DNA from: an uncultured Alphaproteobacteria bacterium
GTDB lineage: Bacteria > Pseudomonadota > Alphaproteobacteria > Rs-D84
Direction: 5' to 3'
Assembly (NCBI GenBank): GCA_904502095.1
Contig: CAJGDG010000003.1
Location: forward strand, 1 to 60,908
Length of the DNA stretch: 60,908 nucleotides
Shown here: piece after piece, positions 24,701-33,577 of the stretch
Position numbering within the stretch: position 1 is the first letter of the stretch
How the letters are laid out: every line of letters starts with the position of its first letter
Notes under the pieces: generated by a model
Told to the model about the DNA's origin: nothing
What the model saw: only the letters and a program-made list of their open reading frames with translations
Databases searched by the model: none
Translations under genes and position numbers: made by a program

Positions 24701-24792
24701 ACCCGACGCATGCGACGACCACAGGCTGGTCCATTACATACGAATATGACGAAAAGATTAACGAAAAGATTAAGGTCAATCAAACCCAATAA
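21775..24792 (+). CDS. Large secreted Cys-rich protein with an Arg/Thr/Ser-rich N-terminal region (paralog of 4905-5894)
   Basis: 1005 aa. Signal peptide MKGIRLLLAVLLVPLAFQAVA, about 170 aa of basic low-complexity sequence, then CKKVFYDCMDEFCANKDAGLKRCACS and more than 50 further Cys. Confidence 0.75.
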   Translation: MKGIRLLLAVLLVPLAFQAVAADDMTDASRAAVRRGATTTTNAANRQKTTKPDTRTTQNQTASRNIASPTGTVRERTNKQTDAPRSGNVIDNKTRGAISQSAPKSVVARATSNLQSRSADAPSRVSARKNQGTAQSNALRSRTAKTSSRNALTTRTATQTRPSMVSRAATTDAAGAIAGRDFTACKKVFYDCMDEFCANKDAGLKRCACSTRINEFDGIKKQLANAEDKLLDFSQRLLTVSMDKEDALALNTATEGEIAYAQTDDSESKKLLDSISKKLNASFDDDNFNQSLNAISLSLDSASAFDDIDSMMGATTTTKSGTALYNDALPICREMALEICSESDVDIVESGYQMAIEQDCNTVAKSYASQTEQTRAKILESSALLDMSRLSKHQEQNSDDILTCKKKMLTALSEPSVCGENLTKCLDTTGKYIDPSTGEAFLTDSLADLGQLIIRPDSEHKWKTVPENEKFVSFLNSKKVYLEPAMKNCQTVADHVWDEFIEDALAQIKLAQESKLETVRQSCTTLMTQCLDTANKNISEFDARALSIFGVNADVTVNAMCADVRTACTALMNATDTNPDTPGSSDTSDTWDTGMTEIAASKSFETILKTCREVGKNCIIRECTSTSGNFGLCENINTSINRKSIINRRSCWNEVKECVSNAGVDTLAQIMKNEGREEIGNWYDLLYGPEYATSPATIDPSITNDNIYKKWSIDHLCTENDGYACYIAERIWGNCEFPPSTIKEGTNDKEHNAIITNQGDNETLLSWFARNTGTENATDSCRDTTCAPAQTYFEATCISNNNFADSGEYCPVETDNSYKKFNIYDGTTNCCQSANLLDNAVCCQESSNSAVKHANYAAPADSTITVPQKLCTPDGNIESQYVFTLSRPENPDSQLSLVCMDGYPIYSDNSITCTGAYVLVRHDKDGKNPKMKVINTENTLQAQTYYLPSGSVEQTNMENKTITAVQTLNQEMDNWNPTHATTTGWSITYEYDEKINEKIKVNQTQ

Positions 24793-24818
24793 AAAATCCC
24801 CAAAACGGGGATTTTTTA
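24791..24818. terminator. Bidirectional terminator between convergent genes
   Basis: A6-ATCCCC-AAAAC-GGGGAT-T6. Confidence 0.65.
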
Positions 24819-25343
24819 TTTTGTATTTTGGTTTGATAAATCAACCCAATATTTATTCACAGTCCAACCGTGTTCAACCAACCACAGACTATCTGCGGGG
24901 ACAATACTGGGAACTCTGCAATCAAACACCAAATCGCCCTTGCCACGAATACGCGGGGACAGGCTTGTACGTGGTTCCAACAGATTGCTGCGCGCCAATC
25001 TAAAATATCCCCCTTCACTGTATCCATCTGGCGTAAAAAATGTGCCCTGGGGAATCATATAAATTGTATCAATATTTTCCATTGCCAAATATTTATTTAA
25101 TGTATCAAACGAAATTTGTGTGGCGTCTTTTTGGTTAAAATACAATTCTTTGTTTATTCTTTTTGGTTCAACCGGTGTTTCAGTTGGTGTTTCGACTGGT
25201 TTTTCAGTTGGTGTTTTGTCCAATGGATCATCTGGTTCGTTTTGTGGTTTACAGCCGCCACCAAACACCGTAGCGCCCGCCAACATTGCCATTGGAACAA
25301 TGCGTTTTAATGAATATGGAATTTTCTTGCTGATTAATTTCAT
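24816..25343 (-). CDS. Lipoprotein, paralog A
   Basis: MKLISKKIPYSLKRIVPMAMLAGATVFGGGC lipobox, followed by a Pro/Thr/Glu linker. It is highly similar to 27632-28123. Confidence 0.7.
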   Translation of the reverse strand: MKLISKKIPYSLKRIVPMAMLAGATVFGGGCKPQNEPDDPLDKTPTEKPVETPTETPVEPKRINKELYFNQKDATQISFDTLNKYLAMENIDTIYMIPQGTFFTPDGYSEGGYFRLARSNLLEPRTSLSPRIRGKGDLVFDCRVPSIVPADSLWLVEHGWTVNKYWVDLSNQNTK

Positions 25344-25409
25344 ATTATAATCCTTTGTTTTATCTGTACCAACATGTTCGCACACATCAAATAATTGTCA
25401 AGCAAAAAA
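25211..25409. repeat. 199-bp near-identical direct repeat, copy 1 (lipoprotein 5' end plus upstream region)
   Basis: Aligns to 27991-28189 at a constant offset of 2780 bp, with about 5 mismatches by eye. Confidence 0.85.
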
Positions 25410-25442
25410 GCAGCAACGAAAAAGAGGCGCTGGGTGGTTTTA

Positions 25443-27539
25443 TTATTGGCTCTGCAGATACAATTTCAATTCCGAAAAATCAATTTCTCCATATTGTTGA
25501 ATAGCCAGATCTGATTTTAAATCTATCAGCACCCCGTCGCTTTCATAAAATTTTATATTTGGTTTTAAATAACAATCTGTTCGCTTAGAACTCCCCTCAT
25601 CTGATGTAAATGCCGGCGGACACGCAGTAGTCGCATATGTTGTACAATAGCACCCCGCGGCACAGGGGGTATAGTAAAACAACCCCACAACTACATATTG
25701 CCCATTAGCCTCGTCTTTTATTATTTGAAGGCCGCTTGCATTCCACGGTATCTCTTGCATGGGATATATTCCGCTGCCAAATCTAATATTTTTTGGGTTG
25801 TCAGGAAAAATACTTTTCCCATCACACGAAATCTTCTTTTTCAAATCTTCTTTATTTGATATCGGCAGCTCTAAATAAAAGCCATCCTTGGTCTCGCTCA
25901 ATTTTGCCACCATAAATTTCGGCGGAACCGTACAGTTACTTGAGTTGGTGGAGAGACAAAATTTTTGCCCATAATCAATAGTACCACTTACTGACACAAT
26001 ATAATCGTAAACGTATCTGGTACTGCTGTTCAAAAACACTTCTTCTAAACCAAGTCCCCTGCAAGTCTTTCCTTTTTTATTTTGCACATTATACCATTCT
26101 GTGTCCTCTTCGCTTCCAAAAGCACATATCATGCCAACGTCTTTATACTGACCATTGTGATACTTTATACCGCCACCACTGGCACCGCCCGAGCTGAATT
26201 GATTAGCGGGCAGATCTTTTAGGAAACCTTCATCTGGCAAGCGCACATATACTTTCCCGTCGTCTGACACTTTGATATCGTGATCTGTGATTGCCATTAT
26301 TAACATTTCCATTTCAGGCATAGTAAACTTCGGATACAAAGTCGCGGACTTTGTTCCGGAGTCTGGCTTCCAGTATTCGTTGATTGCGTCTGTCACCGTG
26401 ATTGTACAATTGCCGCTGCGCCCGCCACAACCTGTCCCCTGAAAACACAAGGTATCATCATTGTTCAAACAAAAATTTTCGGCCGCCAACATCAGATTGT
26501 CGGAAAAACTAACACTGCCAAACCCAGTCACGCTGTCATGATAATAATCGGGATCTGACGGACATTTGCCACTTCTCCTGGTAGCAAGTTTCCATTTGTT
26601 ATCTATTTTCACAGCGCAAATGGGTTGGTAAGAACCGCTTGGCGGGAACGGATAATAAAGCGACTCGGGAAAATTTAATGTTATCGGATTAATTGTATTC
26701 GGGCATTTGCCGTTCGGGTCATAATACACCGCGTTTTCAGTATCACCTTTTCCTTTGTAATAATATACCGTATTGCTATGTTCAGGCGGGTTAGAAATAT
26801 ATTCATAAGACTCCGGACACGGTTCGCACTTAAAAGCACCATTTTCGAATTTTACAAATGTATTACCCGAACAGGAAACCACAAACGGGCAAGAATCTGT
26901 GTTATTAGCTGTGAGCTTTACATCAAAAGGAAGATTCTCTTCTAAAAACTCACTATCAGCTTCGTTCAAAAAACTAGCCGTTGGCCCACTAACGAAGGCA
27001 TCCCCGCCCACGCCAGTCGGGAGAGTACAGTTTAGACATTCGGAATATCCTGTGGTATCACTGGGGGTATAAGTTCCTGCTGGACACACAAACATTTCTA
27101 TCATACCTTCGTTCGGGCAATAATGTCCAGAATGACAAAAATAGCAACCACCGCCCTCATCTATGCCATGAGTTCCGGCGGGGCATGGGGTGCAACTGCT
27201 GGCACCGGGGTTGCTACGTTCACCGGCGGGGCATAGCTTGCAAATGGTAGCGCCTTCGGAATCACTATATTGATTGTAGTAGCATGGCTCCTTAACCCCA
27301 TCCTCACAATAATGCCCGACGGGACATGATTTACATTCGGTTCCAATCGAATAGTCCCCATCCAGACACTGCCTACATCCGCCGGGCTCTTCTAAAACAG
27401 GATCCTCTGGCATCCAATAACAACCGCTGTCGGCGGCGTCTGGGCAGTCGGCTTCCGTATAATCTTCACACCCCCCCGCGAATACACCGATTGGCATAAA
27501 CAGCAATAATGATGGTATAATAAATTTAATAATTTTCAT
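25443..27539 (-). CDS. Secreted Cys-rich repeat protein with CxxCPxGxY (ephrin-receptor-like, furin/TNFR-like) repeats
   Basis: 698 aa. Signal peptide MKIIKFIIPSLLLFMPIGVFA. Repeats read CKSCPVGHYC, CKLCPAGERS, CTPCPAGTHG and VCPAGTYTP...CLNC. Confidence 0.75.
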   Translation of the reverse strand: MKIIKFIIPSLLLFMPIGVFAGGCEDYTEADCPDAADSGCYWMPEDPVLEEPGGCRQCLDGDYSIGTECKSCPVGHYCEDGVKEPCYYNQYSDSEGATICKLCPAGERSNPGASSCTPCPAGTHGIDEGGGCYFCHSGHYCPNEGMIEMFVCPAGTYTPSDTTGYSECLNCTLPTGVGGDAFVSGPTASFLNEADSEFLEENLPFDVKLTANNTDSCPFVVSCSGNTFVKFENGAFKCEPCPESYEYISNPPEHSNTVYYYKGKGDTENAVYYDPNGKCPNTINPITLNFPESLYYPFPPSGSYQPICAVKIDNKWKLATRRSGKCPSDPDYYHDSVTGFGSVSFSDNLMLAAENFCLNNDDTLCFQGTGCGGRSGNCTITVTDAINEYWKPDSGTKSATLYPKFTMPEMEMLIMAITDHDIKVSDDGKVYVRLPDEGFLKDLPANQFSSGGASGGGIKYHNGQYKDVGMICAFGSEEDTEWYNVQNKKGKTCRGLGLEEVFLNSSTRYVYDYIVSVSGTIDYGQKFCLSTNSSNCTVPPKFMVAKLSETKDGFYLELPISNKEDLKKKISCDGKSIFPDNPKNIRFGSGIYPMQEIPWNASGLQIIKDEANGQYVVVGLFYYTPCAAGCYCTTYATTACPPAFTSDEGSSKRTDCYLKPNIKFYESDGVLIDLKSDLAIQQYGEIDFSELKLYLQSQ

Positions 27540-27631
27540 TCTCGTTTCCTGTTATGCACAATGGTATAGAATAAGAAACACAAAATCAAATAAAAAAACC
27601 CCCATTATTTTTGGGGGATAGTATTAAAGAA

Positions 27632-28123
27632 TTATCTTGTAAACCGCTTGTTTACTGTCCAACCCTTGGACACAAACCACAGGCTGTCTTCTGGTGCCTG
27701 ACTGGGGTGTCCTGGGTTTGTAATGAAATCACCCTTGCCACGGATACGCGGGGACAGGTTTGTACGCGGTTCCAACAGATTGCTGCGCGCCAATTCAAAA
27801 TAATGATAACCCACTGAGCTTGGAGCAGCGAAGCCCCCCTGGGGAATCATGAAAATTGTATCAATATTTTCCATTGCCAGATATTTATTTAATGTATCAA
27901 ATGAAATTTGTATAACATCAGATTGTTTAAAATATAGTTCCTTATTAACTTTTACAATTGGTTCAACCGGTGTTTCAACCGGTGTGTTTGGTGTTTTATC
28001 CAATGGGTCATCTGGTTCGTTTTGTGGTTTACAGCCGCCACCAAACACCGTGGCACCCGCCAACATTGCCATTGGAACAATGCGTTTTAATGAATATGGA
28101 ATTTTCTTGCTGATTAATTTCAT
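27632..28123 (-). CDS. Lipoprotein, paralog B
   Basis: The first 45 residues match paralog A except for one substitution (E to N at the last position), and the linker is shorter. The C-terminal domain is conserved (LARSNLLEPRT.LSPRIRGKGD). Confidence 0.7.
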   Translation of the reverse strand: MKLISKKIPYSLKRIVPMAMLAGATVFGGGCKPQNEPDDPLDKTPNTPVETPVEPIVKVNKELYFKQSDVIQISFDTLNKYLAMENIDTIFMIPQGGFAAPSSVGYHYFELARSNLLEPRTNLSPRIRGKGDFITNPGHPSQAPEDSLWFVSKGWTVNKRFTR

Positions 28124-28189
28124 ATTATAATCCTTTGTTTTCTCTGTACCAACATGTTCGCACACATCAAATAATTGTCAAGCAAAAAA
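27991..28189. repeat. 199-bp near-identical direct repeat, copy 2
   Basis: See 25211-25409. Confidence 0.85.
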
Positions 28190-28193
28190 AGCC

Positions 28194-28430
28194 CCATCCC
28201 GATTTCCCTGTCATTCCCGCGCAGGTGGGAACCGGGGATTTAAACATACTTTAAAAATAAAAAAACTTAAAAGCCTTTGTCATTCCACGGGTGCCCTGCG
28301 GAACCTGGGTGAATAAACAAAAAACTCTGTCATTCCACGGCTTGACCGTGGAACCTAGGTCCATGTTCGCAACGCGAACACAAATTTGCATAAACAACCT
28401 GGGTATGAAAGTCAAGCCACAGGATGACAA
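28194..28430. repeat. Cluster of four palindromic repeat units of about 33 bp (TGTCATTCC...GGAACC type; three direct, one inverted)
   Basis: The units lie at 28208-28237, 28278-28310 and 28328-28360 (TTCCACGG-CTTGA-CCGTGGAA), with an inverted unit at 28397-28429. Confidence 0.75.
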
Positions 28431-28467
28431 TTTTTTTTAAACAAAAAAATTGTTAGAATAAAAAAAC

Positions 28468-28986
28468 TTACAACTTTAACCCAGAAATCACATCTTTTAT
28501 TGCGGCAATGTGTTCCGCACCAAACCGACCCAGAACCCAATCTGCCGGATTTATCGGCAAATCAAAATCACGCGGATGTCCAACCCCAATACGAATACGA
28601 CGATATTCACGCCCAACATTCGCATCAATCGATTTTATGCCATTGTGACCCGCGCTGCCCCCGCCAACTTTTTCACGAACACTGCCCACCGATATATCCA
28701 TATCATCATGAATCACAATCAAATTTTCCAGTGGCACCTTGTAAAAAGTCATCAGCGCCAATACCGCAGTTCCACTGTTATTCATAAAAGTTTGTGGCTT
28801 TGCAAAAATTACACGACGACCATCAATGTCCACACGATATGTCAGCGCGTTTTTTTCCTTTTTCCATGTCGCGCCATCGCCCGCCATCGCGTCCACAGCC
28901 ATAAATCCAACATTATGACGCGTCATCGCATATTCAGCCCCAGGATTACCCAATCCAACAATTAAAACAGGTTTATTTTCTTGCAT
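28468..28986 (-). CDS. pth: Peptidyl-tRNA hydrolase
   Basis: VGLGNPGAEYAMTRHNVGF and GGGSAGHNGIKSI motifs. Confidence 0.9.
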   Translation of the reverse strand: MQENKPVLIVGLGNPGAEYAMTRHNVGFMAVDAMAGDGATWKKEKNALTYRVDIDGRRVIFAKPQTFMNNSGTAVLALMTFYKVPLENLIVIHDDMDISVGSVREKVGGGSAGHNGIKSIDANVGREYRRIRIGVGHPRDFDLPINPADWVLGRFGAEHIAAIKDVISGLKL

Positions 28987-29031
28987 ATCTTGTGCCCTTT
29001 TCCTATTATAATATCATATAAAGGAGAAAAT

Positions 29032-29583
29032 ATGAAAATAAAAACTCTTGGATTTTTAACAGCGGCCGCAGTTATGTCTGTGTCCGGCGTGGCAAACGCA
29101 AATCTGTTGTTTGATATTTATGCAGGCGGTACTTTCGGCGTCGGGGGCAGTACTTATTTCGCAGACGGCAACAATGAATCTTATTCACTGCAATCTTATG
29201 GCGCAGTTTTAGGTATCGATGTGCCAATGTTCCGGCTAGAGGCTGAATACGACTATTCAAAAACAGATGATACAACCCTGAATTTCGGTATGCTTAACGC
29301 ATATTTCAAATTACCAACCGCAGTTATCAAGCCTTATTTTGGCGCAGGCGTTGGCACAACTTTTTCCAGCAAATTTGAACCATCTGAAAATATCAGTCTG
29401 GATATCGACGACACAATCGCATACCAGGGTATGATTGGCGTCACATTTGATTTGCCAGCAATTCCATTTAATGTCGATGTCGAAGGTCGCGTTCTGTACG
29501 CATCAGAATTGTTCGAATACGCAAACGAAAAAATCGACCTGCTGCAATATCAGGGTCGCATAAAATTGCGTTATGTATTTTAA
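29032..29583 (+). CDS. Small outer-membrane beta-barrel protein (OmpA-like 8-strand type)
   Basis: Signal peptide MKIKTLGFLTAAAVMSVSGVANA and C-terminal RIKLRYVF. It is a paralog of 53467-54075. Confidence 0.65.
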   Translation: MKIKTLGFLTAAAVMSVSGVANANLLFDIYAGGTFGVGGSTYFADGNNESYSLQSYGAVLGIDVPMFRLEAEYDYSKTDDTTLNFGMLNAYFKLPTAVIKPYFGAGVGTTFSSKFEPSENISLDIDDTIAYQGMIGVTFDLPAIPFNVDVEGRVLYASELFEYANEKIDLLQYQGRIKLRYVF

Positions 29584-29637
29584 AAAATAATTTTTGGGGG
29601 GCGTGGCCCCCTGATTTAACAACAGGAATAAAATCGT

Positions 29638-32412
29638 ATGCTGACACTTATTGACGGTAATTCTTTGCTTTTTCGCGCCTATTATGGGGTGCACAGCCGA
29701 CTGACACGCAATGACGGCACACCAACCGGTGCAGTATATGGTTTTATTAATATGATTCTGCCAATTTTGTCAAACGCCCAGAAAAACGACTCGATTGTGT
29801 GTGTGTTTGACGCATCGCGCATCACTTTTCGCCAGGATATTTATCCGCAATATAAAATGAACCGGTCTGAAACACCTGCTGACCTGATTGCCCAAGGCGA
29901 AATGATACGACGCGCCCTGCCCCAAATGGGTGTGCCAACGCTGTGTGTCCCAGGGGTCGAAGCAGACGATGTAATCGCAACACTGGCAAGACAAAACTGT
30001 TCAGACACAGACTCTACCCGCATTATCACCAGCGACAAAGACCTGATGCAGTTGGTAAACAATTGCACATTTTTATATGACACTATGAAACAGCGCGAAA
30101 TTCGCGAACCAGCAGTGCTGGAAAAATTTGGCGTAAAACCAAATCAGGTCATCGATGTACAATCGCTGATGGGCGATTCATCTGATAATGTGCCCGGGGT
30201 GCCTGGAATCGGCCCCAAAAAGGCCGCAGAATTAATAAATCAATTTGGCTCATTAGATGCGCTGTATGAAAATCTGGATAATGTTTCAAATGAACGCACA
30301 CGCAACCTGCTGCGCGACAATCGTGAAATGGCGTATGTATCAAAAAAATTGGTCACACTGAAAAACGATGTCGATTTGTCAGGGTTAAAAATATCACCTT
30401 TTGTATTTAATAAAAACGGCGCGTTGGAATTTGTAAAAACAGAACTGGAAAGCAAATCGCTGTTCGAAAAAATATCAAAATCATTTCCTGATGGGGACGA
30501 AAATTTACCGACGGCGGAACTGAACTTTCCGGGAAACGCATGCGAATTGCCTGCGGCAACACACACCCAGACATTACCCGAAAAACACCAACTACAATTC
30601 AAACACAAAACCATTAAAACTATATCTGAACTGGACGATTTTTTAAAAAACATCGATGGCGTTTTGGCAATCGACACTGAAACAACAGGCCTGAATCAAA
30701 TGACCGATAAAATGGTTGGAATGTCATTGGCCACATCAGCAAATTATGGTGTATATATCCCCGTCGGTCATACATCTGGGGGGGCAAATTTATTTGGCGA
30801 AACAGAACACGCACCAAATCAAATCAGCGTATCAGAACTGTATAAAAAACTGTGGCCTATATTAACAAACCCACAAATTATAAAAATAGGTCACAACTTA
30901 AAATACGATTTGCACATTATGGCAAATATGGGTTGGGACGCAGAAAAAATCGCCCCGATTGATGATACTATGTTGCTGTCATATATATTACACGGCACGC
31001 TACACGGACATGGGCTGGATGAACTGGCGTTAAAATATTTGGGACATGAAACGATAAAATTTGCATCGCTGTTTCCGGCTAAAACACGCAATAACGATAT
31101 GCATTTTGCAGAATTACCAATTGACGCCGCTGCACCATATGCCACCGAAGACGCATGTGTGTGTCGCGCGCTGTACGATTTGATGCGCCCTGAATTAAAC
31201 CAAGACGAACAATTGCGCAAATTGTACGAAACCTGCGATTTACCACTAATGCCAATATTATTCCAAATTGAACGCAATGGCGTATTGGCAGACCGCGCGC
31301 GCTTAAATCAACTGTCGGGGGTATTCCACGCACAATTACAAACACTGGGGGCTGAAATCTGGAAATTGGCAGGACACGAATTTAACATCGCCAGTCCAAA
31401 ACAACTGGGGGCCGTTTTATTTGATGAACTGGGGCTGACTGCGAATAAAAAGCGCTCAACAGACGCAGACGCATTAAACGATTTGATTGACGAACACCAA
31501 ATTATTGAAAAAATATTATCATGGCGCTCTGTTGCAAAGCTGGCAGGCACATACGCAGACGCGTTGCCACACCAAATCGCACCTGACGGCCGTATTCATA
31601 CAACATATTTGCAGACCAGTACAAATACAGGCCGCTTGTCCAGTCGCGATCCAAACCTGCAAAACATACCTGTAAAAACAGAACTGGGCGAAGAAATCAG
31701 AAAATGCTTTATCGCGTCCCCCGGCAATGTATTAATATCTGTCGACTATTCCCAGATTCAACTGCGCCTGCTGGCGGATATTGCAGACATAAAAACATTC
31801 AAAGATACTTTTAACAACGGTCACGACATCCACGAACAAACTGCACGCAAAATATTTAATATTCCCGCTGACACGCCGGTTCCAAAAGAAATGCGCCGCG
31901 CAGCAAAAACAGTAAATTTTTCAATCATATATGGCATATCATCCTTTGGGTTGGCGGCACAGCTGGGGATATCACGCGCAGACGCCCAACAAATTATAAA
32001 ATCTTATCTGGCAAGCCTGCCCGAAATTGGCGAATACATCGCAAAAACCAAAGAATTCGCCTTGCAAAACGCGTGCGTATACACCCCATGGGGACGGCGC
32101 ATCGAATTACCAGAAGCAAAAAATCCACGTATGCGCGCGTATGCGATGCGCGCTGCAATCAACGCCCCAATCCAAGGCTTCGAAGCAGATTTAATGCGCC
32201 GCGCAATGGTTGAAATACACAAAAATATCATTCAACCGAATCGCGACAAAATCTGTATGATTATGCAGGTTCACGATGAAATAGTATTTGAATGCAGTGT
32301 TTTTGATGCAGATATATTTGCCGCGCAAATAAAACACTCGATGGAACATATTGCGAACCTGTCTGTGCCATTAATCGCCGAATATACAATCGCCCAAAAG
32401 TGGGGAAAATAG
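29638..32412 (+). CDS. polA: DNA polymerase I
   Basis: N-terminal 5'-3' exonuclease domain (LIDGNSLLFRAYY), 3'-5' exonuclease motif DTETTGL, and polymerase motifs DYSQIQLRLLA and QVHDEIVFE. Confidence 0.95.
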   Translation: MLTLIDGNSLLFRAYYGVHSRLTRNDGTPTGAVYGFINMILPILSNAQKNDSIVCVFDASRITFRQDIYPQYKMNRSETPADLIAQGEMIRRALPQMGVPTLCVPGVEADDVIATLARQNCSDTDSTRIITSDKDLMQLVNNCTFLYDTMKQREIREPAVLEKFGVKPNQVIDVQSLMGDSSDNVPGVPGIGPKKAAELINQFGSLDALYENLDNVSNERTRNLLRDNREMAYVSKKLVTLKNDVDLSGLKISPFVFNKNGALEFVKTELESKSLFEKISKSFPDGDENLPTAELNFPGNACELPAATHTQTLPEKHQLQFKHKTIKTISELDDFLKNIDGVLAIDTETTGLNQMTDKMVGMSLATSANYGVYIPVGHTSGGANLFGETEHAPNQISVSELYKKLWPILTNPQIIKIGHNLKYDLHIMANMGWDAEKIAPIDDTMLLSYILHGTLHGHGLDELALKYLGHETIKFASLFPAKTRNNDMHFAELPIDAAAPYATEDACVCRALYDLMRPELNQDEQLRKLYETCDLPLMPILFQIERNGVLADRARLNQLSGVFHAQLQTLGAEIWKLAGHEFNIASPKQLGAVLFDELGLTANKKRSTDADALNDLIDEHQIIEKILSWRSVAKLAGTYADALPHQIAPDGRIHTTYLQTSTNTGRLSSRDPNLQNIPVKTELGEEIRKCFIASPGNVLISVDYSQIQLRLLADIADIKTFKDTFNNGHDIHEQTARKIFNIPADTPVPKEMRRAAKTVNFSIIYGISSFGLAAQLGISRADAQQIIKSYLASLPEIGEYIAKTKEFALQNACVYTPWGRRIELPEAKNPRMRAYAMRAAINAPIQGFEADLMRRAMVEIHKNIIQPNRDKICMIMQVHDEIVFECSVFDADIFAAQIKHSMEHIANLSVPLIAEYTIAQKWGK

Positions 32413-32502
32413 CAGGTATCAACCACAAAAAAATAATGCTTGCACGAATCGGCAAAATGTTATTAGTATGCCATATCAACATACAGCACACAGGGGGAAA
32501 TC

Positions 32503-32880
32503 GTGATACTGGGGATCGGAATTGATTTGGTTGAATGCGGCCGCTTTTTGGACTGGTCTGCATTTAAAAAACAACGCATCTTTACAAAAAAAGAACTGGA
32601 ATACGCGGATAACGACAATGCAAATTCAGAAAAACATCTGGCTAATTTCTGGGCTGCCCGTGAAGCGTTCTTGAAAGCCATCGGCACAGGCTTTGGCGAA
32701 GACATTGCTTTTTCTGATGTCTCTGTCGTACATAACGACAATGGTCGCCCTGAATTATTAATCACAGGTGGCGCAAAAGCCGCATTAAAAACACTGGCGA
32801 CAGGCGATGTGAATATACACTTGTCAATTACAGATCAAAGTGATTATTGTGCAGCAATGGTTGTAATTGAAACAAAATAA
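32503..32880 (+). CDS. acpS: Holo-ACP synthase
   Basis: GIGIDLVECGRF and AAREAFLKA motifs, with a GTG start. Confidence 0.85.
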   Translation: MILGIGIDLVECGRFLDWSAFKKQRIFTKKELEYADNDNANSEKHLANFWAAREAFLKAIGTGFGEDIAFSDVSVVHNDNGRPELLITGGAKAALKTLATGDVNIHLSITDQSDYCAAMVVIETK

Positions 32881-32901
32881 AAATCCCCAAATTGGGGATT
32901 T

Positions 32902-33465
32902 TTAATTGTCGTCGTCTTCGATATCTTCTTCATCAGATTCTTCAACCGCGTTTAAATCGATTTCTTTTGGTATGCCCAAAATATCTTCAATTTTATCAGA
33001 CGCCGCATCCAAATCGATTTTATGCAACACGGCAAATTCTTGGGCCATACGTTCCAAAGCACGCAGATACAATTGACGCGCAGAAAAAGTCATAGTATCC
33101 GCAGCACTGCGACGCTGTAAATCGCGTACAACCTCTGCCAACTTCATTGGGTCACCAGAATTGATGTTTTCTTCATACTGTGCGGCACGGCGCGCCCAAA
33201 TCATGCGCTTTGCCCCGGCTTTACCCTTGGCGGACGCAATCGCTTCGTCCATCTTTTTAACAGATGTCAACGGACGCAGTCCCGAAATTTCCGCGCGTTC
33301 CAAAGGCACACGCAAAGTCATATGATTGCGTTCAAAATCGATAACCAACAATTTTATCTTTTGGCCAGCAATTGTTTGTTCTTCGATACGCAACAGTTTA
33401 CCAACGCCCTGGGTTGGATAAACAACAAATTGTCCTGCTTTAAAATCTAATTTTTTACTTGGCAT
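32902..33465 (-). CDS. carD: CarD-family transcriptional regulator
   Basis: FKAGQFVVYPTQGVGKLLRIEE (Tudor-like RNAP-interacting domain) and an acidic C-terminal tail. Confidence 0.85.
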   Translation of the reverse strand: MPSKKLDFKAGQFVVYPTQGVGKLLRIEEQTIAGQKIKLLVIDFERNHMTLRVPLERAEISGLRPLTSVKKMDEAIASAKGKAGAKRMIWARRAAQYEENINSGDPMKLAEVVRDLQRRSAADTMTFSARQLYLRALERMAQEFAVLHKIDLDAASDKIEDILGIPKEIDLNAVEESDEEDIEDDDN

Positions 33466-33577
33466 AATTCATACCCTTTTACGGTTGCCATTCTCTCAAA
33501 TTCCCACATATTATATCACAAAAAAACAAAAAAACAAATAAATGCCTCAAAAAAAATCCCCAAATTATGGGGATTTA

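Noticed and set aside
28194-28430. Possible CRISPR array.
   Set aside because: The units are irregularly spaced, one is inverted, each is internally palindromic and diverged, and no cas genes are nearby. This is REP/MITE-like behaviour.
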